A DNA stretch of 26,568 nt from Promethearchaeota archaeon (GTDB lineage Archaea > Asgardarchaeota > Lokiarchaeia > Sigyniarchaeales > SOKP01). The stretch spans positions 1-26,568 of the forward strand of contig JAFGOA010000195.1 of NCBI GenBank assembly GCA_016926735.1. The letters run 5' to 3'. Both the position numbers and the translations under genes were made by a program. Shown piece by piece: positions 15,949 through 23,756 of this stretch (positions are counted from its first letter, which is position 1; the number at the start of each line of letters is the position of its first letter). The notes beneath the pieces are model-generated. The model had not been told where the DNA came from. It ran no database searches and saw only the letters and a list, made by a program, of their open reading frames with translations.

Positions 15949-17112
15949 CTATTTCTTTTTAGGATTTTTTTTTTTTTCTTTTTTTTTAGTATCTATTCCT
16001 ATATCTGTCATATACTCGTATTTTTCTCCAGTAATGTCTTCTAAATCTTTCATAATATCTATTAAATCATCTTTACTTCTTTCAGGAATTAAATCTAACC
16101 TTTTTTTCTCTTTTTCTTCCTCTTTTTCAATATGAATTTTTTTAATTTTTTGTTTTTGCACTTGTTCTTTCTTATATGCTTCTTTTTTTTCTTCTCTTTT
16201 AAGTTGAAGATTATTCATAATTTCTTTATAATTTTTTCTAAAATTATCTATCCCAACGTTGAATAGGTCAGACATACTTTCCCAATTATCATCTGCTACT
16301 ATTTTATCTGCCCATTTATATAAATCTCTATCTATACTAAATGTAACTATCTTTCTTTCAGATGTATCTTTCTCAATTAACCATTTTAAAATATTTCCAA
16401 TAAGAACATCATTATCATATGCATAAAATCCATATTCTCTACTTAAAGAGGAGAATAAAGATAAACTACCAAATCCAACAACCCTTCCTTTAAAATATTT
16501 TACAGCTACTATCAAGGGCTTTTTTGGGATATCTTCTTCTACCCAATCTTTTCCATTATATACACTATGCCACGCATTTAAGTCTGAATGTAGAATATTA
16601 TCTATACTTATATCATTCTCTTCCTCAATATAATCATAGACTTTTATTGAGCAAGCACTCGATAGCACTATTTTATTTACATGTTCTGTAATTATATGTG
16701 CCTTAAATTTATTAAATAGAGGTCTTTTTTGAAGGTTAACATAATTCATAGAATCATTTATTTCATCACTAATAAACTCAAATTTAAAATGTTGGGTTAA
16801 TTCATTGAGATTTGTACGATTTTTATAATCCCCTCCAGTTGAACTTATAATTAATAAACTCCCGCCATTTTTTACATATTGTTCTATAATCTTTATTTCC
16901 GTTTCAGAAATTGTATTGTTTCTTGGAGAGGATAAAATAATTAGATTATATTGTTCTAACTTTTCCAATGAATCAAATCCTGCTTGTATTTTACCCAATT
17001 TAAAACCTGATGTAAATAAAAATTGGATAAAATCTGAATATGATGTTGCTTCTAAGGTTAATTTATTATTATGGCTGTAATCGAGCGCAATTTTTGCTGT
17101 TTCTTTCGACAT
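15949..17112 (-). CDS. GIFT/DUF4350 (GldG/IFT52-like) domain protein with ribbon-helix-helix-like and charged coiled-coil C-terminus
   Basis: IALDYSHNN, LEQYNLIILSSP...ISETEIKIIEQYVKNGGSLLI, NLNELT, GRVVGFGS, DNDVLIGNILKWL, then IVTFSIDRDLYKWADKIV...WESMSDLFNVGI. No signal peptide. Confidence 0.75.
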   Translation of the reverse strand: MSKETAKIALDYSHNNKLTLEATSYSDFIQFLFTSGFKLGKIQAGFDSLEKLEQYNLIILSSPRNNTISETEIKIIEQYVKNGGSLLIISSTGGDYKNRTNLNELTQHFKFEFISDEINDSMNYVNLQKRPLFNKFKAHIITEHVNKIVLSSACSIKVYDYIEEENDISIDNILHSDLNAWHSVYNGKDWVEEDIPKKPLIVAVKYFKGRVVGFGSLSLFSSLSREYGFYAYDNDVLIGNILKWLIEKDTSERKIVTFSIDRDLYKWADKIVADDNWESMSDLFNVGIDNFRKNYKEIMNNLQLKREEKKEAYKKEQVQKQKIKKIHIEKEEEKEKKRLDLIPERSKDDLIDIMKDLEDITGEKYEYMTDIGIDTKKKEKKKNPKKK

Positions 17113-17218
17113 TTTTATAAGGAATTTTTTTCAAAATAATATGTTATTTTTTAATACATATCTAAAATAAATTCCTATTTTTATGAATTTCGAAATCAAT
17201 TTTATAACTATTATTTCT

Positions 17219-18070
17219 TTAATTTACAAAAATATCATAAACGATATGGAATAATCCAGGACCGTAACTTTTAATATATCTTTTATTCTCTAATCTTGAA
17301 TTATAACCCGAATTTTCTGCTATTTCTGAAAATTCATTATAAAGTTCTAAATCATTGTTTTTGTCAATAACTCCTTCATAGTGGATATAAGTACCTGTTT
17401 CTTTACATAAAGATAGCGCTTCTTTTATATATTCTTTAGGGGCCGGAAAAACGCCCATAATTACACGATCTGCTTGAATACCTTGATTCCTTAACTTAAT
17501 TACAATTTCTTTACAATCACCATAAATTGGTATTATTTTTTCTTTTAAATTATTTATTTCAATATTCTGAACAAGGAAATTATAGGAAAGAATATTTAAT
17601 TCTATACTGTATATTATTTTAGCTTCTGAATATTTACCTATTGGAAGGGAAAAATATCCAATTCCAGCAAACATATCTACAATAGTTTCTCCTTTTTTAA
17701 CTAAACTAGCTAAATACTTTCTTTCAAAAAGATTACCCTTACTAAACATTATTTTTTCAATATTAAACCTGTATAAGATTCCATGTTCTTTGTGTTCTAC
17801 AAGAGGATTCTTTATTCCTACCAAATATTGTATACTTTTAGGTTCTCTGAATTGTCCTTCAATCTTTCCCTGATTTAAATAAATTGACTTTATAGATGAT
17901 ATTTCTTTTAAACAACTCTCTGCTATAATATATTTCTTCTCTAAAAGATTTGGATGAAGTTTTAATATCATAATCTTATCCAAAGTTTGAAAACCTCTCG
18001 GAAGTAAATTAAGTTCCTCTGTAGTTAAATCATTCTGTAATCTTTTTTGTAATTTTTGTTTAAATCCCAT
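17219..18070 (-). CDS. taw2: Met-10+/Trm5 family SAM enzyme, most like tRNA(Phe) wyosine aminocarboxypropyltransferase Taw2
   Basis: HKEHGILYRFN, IMFSKGNLFER (Tyw2-type MFSxGN..E), IVDMFAGIGYFSLP, IELN, ADRVIMG, IHYE. Confidence 0.8.
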   Translation of the reverse strand: MGFKQKLQKRLQNDLTTEELNLLPRGFQTLDKIMILKLHPNLLEKKYIIAESCLKEISSIKSIYLNQGKIEGQFREPKSIQYLVGIKNPLVEHKEHGILYRFNIEKIMFSKGNLFERKYLASLVKKGETIVDMFAGIGYFSLPIGKYSEAKIIYSIELNILSYNFLVQNIEINNLKEKIIPIYGDCKEIVIKLRNQGIQADRVIMGVFPAPKEYIKEALSLCKETGTYIHYEGVIDKNNDLELYNEFSEIAENSGYNSRLENKRYIKSYGPGLFHIVYDIFVN

Positions 18071-18287
18071 AAATCAAACCTTTTAAAAGTTTTGATAATT
18101 AATATTCTGTAATATAGCTGTATGTTTGTTTTTAAAAGTTAATTATTAATTTTCAATTTTATTTATCACTATATGAAAAAATTCTCAAAAATGTATTCGT
18201 AACTAAAGATAGTGTTAAGAAAAAATTTGATGTATTCTATAGATCTTATAAAATAATTATTAAGTAATGACATTCTAGAAAAAAAGG

Positions 18288-19109
18288 GTGAAAATTATAA
18301 AAAAAGTTCTAACAATTGCGGGTTCTGATTCTGGAGCTGGAGCTGGAGTTCAAGCGGATTTAAAGGTCTTTGCAGCACGGGGTGTATATGGGACTTGCGC
18401 AATTACAGCTCTTACAGCTCAAAACACTTTAGGTGTCGATGCTATAAAAGTCATAGATCCAGATTTTGTAGCTAAACAAATAGATAGCGTAATGCAAGAT
18501 ATTGGTGCAGATATTTGGAAAACTGGAATGCTTGTTAATGAAAAAATTATTAATATTGTTATAAAAAAAGCTAAAGAGTACAAAATTGAAAAAATAATAG
18601 TTGATCCTGTAATGATATCTACGAATGGCAATTATCTACTTGAATATGACGCAAATAAGGCATTAATTAATAATTTAATTCCCAAATCTTATTTATTGAC
18701 TCCAAATTCAATTGAAACTGAAGTTATAACTCAAATAAAAATTAATAATGTTAATGATGCAGAAAAAGCTGCTAAAAAAATATATCATATGGGGGCTAAA
18801 AATGTTCTTGTAAAAGGAGGGCATATTCCGGATGAAAATAATGCTATAGATATCTTATATAATGGTAAAGATATTATTAAAATAAGTTCACCGAGAATAA
18901 AATCAATGAATACTCATGGAACAGGGTGTTCTTATGCATCTTCAATCGCAGCTGAAATTGCAAAAGGTAATGATCTTGAAACCTCTATTAGAATATCTAA
19001 GGAATATATAACAAATGCTATAATTTTTGCAAAAGATTTTAGAATAGGTTCTGGACATGGCCCCTTAAATCTCTTTTTCCAACATACAATCAAAAAAAAT
19101 CCTAAATAA
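18288..19109 (+). CDS. thiD: Hydroxymethylpyrimidine/phosphomethylpyrimidine kinase
   Basis: VLTIAGSDSGAGAGVQADLK, TALTAQNT, KTGML, VDPVM, TPN, VKGGH, HGTGC, GSGHGP. Confidence 0.97.
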   Translation: MKIIKKVLTIAGSDSGAGAGVQADLKVFAARGVYGTCAITALTAQNTLGVDAIKVIDPDFVAKQIDSVMQDIGADIWKTGMLVNEKIINIVIKKAKEYKIEKIIVDPVMISTNGNYLLEYDANKALINNLIPKSYLLTPNSIETEVITQIKINNVNDAEKAAKKIYHMGAKNVLVKGGHIPDENNAIDILYNGKDIIKISSPRIKSMNTHGTGCSYASSIAAEIAKGNDLETSIRISKEYITNAIIFAKDFRIGSGHGPLNLFFQHTIKKNPK

Positions 19110-19124
19110 ATCTGATATTGAGGT

Positions 19125-19511
19125 CTAAATTGTAATTTCAACTCTATTACCATCGGGATCTAATATTACACTCTCAAAATATCCATCTCCCGTCGTTCTT
19201 GGATGACTAACAATTTCATATCCATCATTTTCTAATTCTTTTGTAATAGCAATTACTTTTTTTCTTGATCCTACTGAAATTGCAAAATGACTAATACCTA
19301 TGTATTGATTTGATGCTTTCTTCTTTTTTTTCTTTAAAGGTTTATACATAATTTCTATACGACAACCTTCATCAAAAATTAAAAAATAAGATTCAAATTG
19401 TGTTATTTCATTATGATATTTGTTACCTGCCTTAATACCAAAATATTTTTTATAAAAGTCTTTTAGAATTTCAAGATCATTCGTCCAAATTCCAATGTGT
19501 TCCATCTTCAT
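19125..19511 (-). CDS. VOC/glyoxalase family protein
   Basis: MEHIGIW..DLE, GCRIEIM, GISHFAISVG, PRTTGDGYFESVILDPDGNRVEI. ATG 19511 is preferred. Confidence 0.93.
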   Translation of the reverse strand: MKMEHIGIWTNDLEILKDFYKKYFGIKAGNKYHNEITQFESYFLIFDEGCRIEIMYKPLKKKKKKASNQYIGISHFAISVGSRKKVIAITKELENDGYEIVSHPRTTGDGYFESVILDPDGNRVEITI

Positions 19512-19913
19512 TATAATCAAATAAGCAAAAAATTATTTTTATTCTTAAATTAGATTTGATAAATTAATATCTATTTGAAATACAAATGCAAAATCCTTTT
19601 TATTTTAATTGGCTTAAAAAATACCTATTTTTTCATATATTCCTTTCTATTTTTCATAGATAAAGATTAGTTTTAAATAGAAACAATACATAATAATTTT
19701 GTTTGTCTAAATTCTAGCAAATAGATATAAGCATATCTCAGATTAAAAATTGTAATTTCATCAATTTTCAAGTACTTAATCAAACCGCTAATATTCATAG
19801 GTCATAAATCTATTTCACCATATCAAAGTTCCATATATTAGAAGAGAATAGTTCCTACTGTGTTATTATACTATAATCATATTAAATCACAAAATTATAA
19901 TAATAGTTATATA

Positions 19914-20897
19914 ATGTTAGATACAATTATCGCATTCATAATTCTTATTGGAGGAATCATCCTAATTCTCTTTAGTAGTAAATTGGCTGTTAAACATTCA
20001 ATCTTTTTAGCATCATGCTTTGGAGTTTCGAGTTTTATAATAGGAATTACGATGGTTTCAATAGGTACAGATATTTCAGAGATATTTAACTCAATTATTT
20101 CATGTTATTTAGGACATGGGGATATTAATGTGGGAGATTCTGTAGGTTCAGGATTATCACAACTGACATTAATTTTTGGAATTTTACCGATTGTTTGTGG
20201 AAAATTCTTTGTAAATAGAAGACAATTTCTAATTATTGGTTCTTGCAATGTTTTAGCCCTCATTTTAATTTATACTGTGATTGAAAAAGGATATTTTACA
20301 CATTTGGATTCCTTATTCCTTATATTAAGTCTATTCTTTTATCTTTTAGTTACTTTTAATGTAACCAAAGATGGAGTTGACAAACATGTAAATCTAATGA
20401 TATTAGATTCACCCGATCAACCCGTTCGAAGTAAATTATATTATTTAATTTTTGCAATGATTGGATTTTTGGGGGTTACTTTTAGTTCAATTTTGATAAT
20501 ACAATCAATTGTTTATTTATCAGATAAATTTAATGTGGAAGAATTTTTATTCAGTTTTTTTTTATTAAGTTTAGGTACATCTCTACCAGAATTATCTGTA
20601 GATATTACTGCACTAAAAAAAAAACATTATGACTTAGCAATTGGGGATATTATTGGGAGTTGTATTGTTGATTCCACTCTCTCTATTGCGATTGGTAACT
20701 TATTTTTTCCTCAACCTGTGACTGTAAATATTGTTGCTCCAGCAATAATATATAGTATTTGTATTTCTTTGATTGTAGTAGTTGTTTTATCAAAACGTCA
20801 AATTATGGATAAGAAGTTAGGAATATTCTTTATTATGCTTTTTCTTATTACTATTCCCGTTCTTTTTGTATTTTATTCATCTATGCATATTTTTTAA
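19914..20897 (+). CDS. Cation:Ca2+ antiporter (CaCA, YrbG-like)
   Basis: About 10 TMs with two alpha repeats: SIGTDISE...GDSVGS and SLGTSLPE...GDIIGS. ATG 19914 is preferred over GTG 19860. Confidence 0.9.
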   Translation: MLDTIIAFIILIGGIILILFSSKLAVKHSIFLASCFGVSSFIIGITMVSIGTDISEIFNSIISCYLGHGDINVGDSVGSGLSQLTLIFGILPIVCGKFFVNRRQFLIIGSCNVLALILIYTVIEKGYFTHLDSLFLILSLFFYLLVTFNVTKDGVDKHVNLMILDSPDQPVRSKLYYLIFAMIGFLGVTFSSILIIQSIVYLSDKFNVEEFLFSFFLLSLGTSLPELSVDITALKKKHYDLAIGDIIGSCIVDSTLSIAIGNLFFPQPVTVNIVAPAIIYSICISLIVVVVLSKRQIMDKKLGIFFIMLFLITIPVLFVFYSSMHIF

Positions 20898-20914
20898 TAT
20901 CAGTTATCAAATTT

Positions 20915-21268
20915 CTATGTGTATTTAGCTAAGCGGTCAGAAAATTGTTTAAAATCAATAGGTTTTTCAATAAAATCTAAAGCACCAATCTCTAAAGCTT
21001 TATCTCTTACACTATAATCAGCACTTAAAAAAATAATTTTATTTTTAGGATTAATTTTTAAAATCTCTTTAGTTGCAGTAAGACCATCCATTACTGGCAT
21101 TCTATTATCCATAAGTATAATATCAAAATATATCTGATTTTCTTCAATTAGTTTAATAGCAATTTTTCCATTAGATGCTGTTGCTACTACTTCATGCCCT
21201 AATTCTTTTAGAATTTCGGTGAATAGAAAAATTATGGCATTATTATCGTCAACTATTATAAATTTCAT
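20915..21268 (-). CDS. Single-domain response regulator (CheY-like receiver)
   Basis: IIVDDN, DIILMDNRMPVMDG, FLSA, FIEKP. Confidence 0.95.
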   Translation of the reverse strand: MKFIIVDDNNAIIFLFTEILKELGHEVVATASNGKIAIKLIEENQIYFDIILMDNRMPVMDGLTATKEILKINPKNKIIFLSADYSVRDKALEIGALDFIEKPIDFKQFSDRLAKYT

Positions 21269-21301
21269 AACTATTTCATTTAATTTTGATATGATGATTA
21301 T

Positions 21302-22153
21302 TTATTTTAATTCCCTAATTTCTTTCAACATCTTGCTTGCTTTTAAACAGATTTTTTCAGATTGAGATAATAAATCAATATTTTTTTTTTCGGTTAGAAT
21401 TTTCTTTTTAACCAGTTCAATCGTACTTAAAATTGATTGTAAATCATTTCCTAAATCATGAGAATATTTATCTTTTAACTCATAATTCAAACTAAACGAT
21501 GTAATATATTCAACATGGATAAATAATACGATTAATATAATATACCCAATTATTGGGCTTATGTAATTTAATATAATCAATACTTCATCATTTGAATTAT
21601 ATAATCCAAAGCTCTCTCCTTGTAATATGATGATTATGCTAACTATGAAATATATTATAAAATTAATAAGAAAAGCCCAATACCACACTATACTCTTTTT
21701 TAAATTTATTTTATATTTTTTATATTTTAATAATGGTAATATTATCAATAGAGCAAATCCAAAATAAAAGCTAGTCATAGGAATTGTAGTAGCTATTTCT
21801 GGATCATATACTAAATAGAGTATTGATGAGATAATAATAATTATAAATATACTTATTAAGAATTCCTTTAATCTGGGATGTGAATAATAAGAAGATAATC
21901 CTATTAAAAGTAAAATTGAATGAATAGATATGAATACACTGTTTAACCATAAGAATAAATTTGTAATAGTTATATTCTTGAAATAATCTGCGATAAAAGT
22001 ACAAATAGCAGCAAGAATCGAAAATAACCAAGCAAGAACAAAAATTATAAATTTAAAATCTTTTTTTCTGAAATAAAAATCTAAAGATACCCCTAATCCC
22101 ATAGATCTCACGAATTGCATAAAGATTAAGCTATAAATTACCAAAATATTCAA
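21302..22153 (-). CDS. 7TM membrane sensor ending in a HisKA-like H-box, without HATPase domain
   Basis: About seven TMs, then KDKYSHDLGNDLQSILSTIEL and a second helix ending KMLKEIRELK-stop, 33 nt before the receiver gene. Confidence 0.75.
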   Translation of the reverse strand: MNILVIYSLIFMQFVRSMGLGVSLDFYFRKKDFKFIIFVLAWLFSILAAICTFIADYFKNITITNLFLWLNSVFISIHSILLLIGLSSYYSHPRLKEFLISIFIIIIISSILYLVYDPEIATTIPMTSFYFGFALLIILPLLKYKKYKINLKKSIVWYWAFLINFIIYFIVSIIIILQGESFGLYNSNDEVLIILNYISPIIGYIILIVLFIHVEYITSFSLNYELKDKYSHDLGNDLQSILSTIELVKKKILTEKKNIDLLSQSEKICLKASKMLKEIRELK

Positions 22154-22309
22154 TTTTGAATCACAAACTAATATTGAATCGAACTTGATAGATCGATAAT
22201 CTAGCTGCTAATATTTATAATTTCATATTTTAAAAAATTATAAAATTGGATATACTAACTACTTCTAAACCAAAAATTAGTATTAATTTAAAGAATTTTT
22301 TCAATATAC

Positions 22310-22657
22310 TTATTTCGGTAAATAAAATTTACATAATGAGCATTGATTGACTCTTAATCGTTTTTCTGGTCCTAATACAATTAGGCGTTCTTGCATTGAA
22401 CCTCCACATTTGGGACATGATTCAATAAAATTCTTTTTTATAGAATTTAGTACATTTTCTATACCTTTTTCTAATTTTAAAATTTCTTTAGCGTTTTCTA
22501 TTATTTTATCTGCTGATATCTTACCTATACCTTTAATCCATGCTAATTCCTCAGTTCTCGAATTTGCTATCTCTTCTATTGATCTAATTCCTGCTTGCTG
22601 TAAACGATCTGCTGCAATAGGTCCAATTCCTCTAACTCTAACAAGTTCTTCAGACAT
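22310..22657 (-). CDS. Tandem helix-hairpin-helix protein with C-terminal Zn ribbon
   Basis: VRGIGPIAADRLQQAGI, LAWIKGIGKISADKII, CPKCGG...CSLC. Confidence 0.85.
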   Translation of the reverse strand: MSEELVRVRGIGPIAADRLQQAGIRSIEEIANSRTEELAWIKGIGKISADKIIENAKEILKLEKGIENVLNSIKKNFIESCPKCGGSMQERLIVLGPEKRLRVNQCSLCKFYLPK

Positions 22658-22813
22658 AATTCTTTCAAAATTAAATTATATTCATTCTATACTGAAACTG
22701 CCTATTCCTTAAATATAGTTTATCTGTTTAAGAGATTGATCTTTTTTAATTATTATAATGAAACAATCAAAAAAATATTTAAGATTTTAAAAAAGATAAA
22801 AAAAAAAAAACAT

Positions 22814-23563
22814 TTAATCTAATTGACGTAGTACTCCGTAATATGTCCCATAAGAACCTAATATTGAGAAGATGCCACATAATATGGAAAAAATTGTTCT
22901 AAGAAGAGGAATATTTAGTGTATTTGATAGAAAGATTAGATATATTACTAAATATAACCCAGTATTTCCTATAATAAAAACTCGCCATTTTTTCTTTAAA
23001 TCTTTATCTTCAAATTGATTATATACCTTTAATGTATAGTAATAACTTGGTAATACTGCATAAAACGTATAAATTAATATTATATAGAGAAATAAAGGCC
23101 AGTTCCAGGTAGGTAACCATTTAGTTGTTTCATTCATTGTTATTCCTATATCAGGATTATAATAAATAAAAATTGACATTACTAATGCAATACCATATAC
23201 TGTTGTAAATCCAATCTGTTTAAAAGTATTAATAACTTTTTCTGATTTCAAAATTATTAATATAAACAATAAATTAAAAATAGTGCTTATAGCTGTCAAT
23301 ATTGTAGTAATAAAATTTAATGCTAATACAGTTGATTCTATCGTTAACGGAGCATAAAAGAAATTTAAAGATAGAGCAATTGCCGGAATTATATACTGTA
23401 GACTAAATATATAATTTAGTCTTTTTGTATCTCTTTTTAAAATTTTATAGACTAAATATATAAAAAAAGCAACTAAAAAACCTTGTACAACATATACTGT
23501 TATAATTCGGACTGGAGTTAATGGTGATTCTTGAAAAAGAATATCGATCATTTTTTTTGTCAC
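22814..23563 (-). CDS. Stand-alone 7TM membrane protein (HisKA_7TM-like sensor domain only)
   Basis: About seven hydrophobic segments, YKILKRD loop, LPTWNW, FEDKDLKKKWRVFIIG, no cytoplasmic domain. Confidence 0.75.
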   Translation of the reverse strand: MTKKMIDILFQESPLTPVRIITVYVVQGFLVAFFIYLVYKILKRDTKRLNYIFSLQYIIPAIALSLNFFYAPLTIESTVLALNFITTILTAISTIFNLLFILIILKSEKVINTFKQIGFTTVYGIALVMSIFIYYNPDIGITMNETTKWLPTWNWPLFLYIILIYTFYAVLPSYYYTLKVYNQFEDKDLKKKWRVFIIGNTGLYLVIYLIFLSNTLNIPLLRTIFSILCGIFSILGSYGTYYGVLRQLD

Positions 23564-23756
23564 TCTGATTTTAAAATTATCTTTAATATTATATTCAGTA
23601 CTTATTCTTAATAAAGATTCTTAGTGTTATAGTTCAATTCATTGATACAAGTTACTTCTTTTTCTTATAAATAAAATTCATATTATTAATTATCAAAGTA
23701 TATAAAAACATCAAAAGATTTAATTAAGCAGATAATAATTTTGTAGTTATGAGGAA

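Noticed and set aside
18419-19153. Two minus-strand ORFs (70 and 73 aa)
   Set aside because: Antisense shadows of thiD.
19670-19860. Minus-strand frame with two in-frame TGA codons (MEL*YGEIDL*PMNISG...), considered as a selenoprotein or pseudogene
   Set aside because: No Cys/Sec-type context, no SECIS-like hairpin seen and no recognisable homology; at most a decayed remnant.
21804-22031. 75-aa same-strand ORF
   Set aside because: Alternate frame inside the 7TM-HisKA gene.
22347-22712. 121-aa plus-strand ORF
   Set aside because: Antisense shadow of the HhH/Zn-ribbon gene, which has clear motifs.
22798-22810. Long A/T homopolymers here and elsewhere as phase-variation tracts
   Set aside because: They are intergenic or encode poly-Lys in intact frames and fit T-tract terminators or genome composition; only the A11 at 1438-1448 affects a reading frame.
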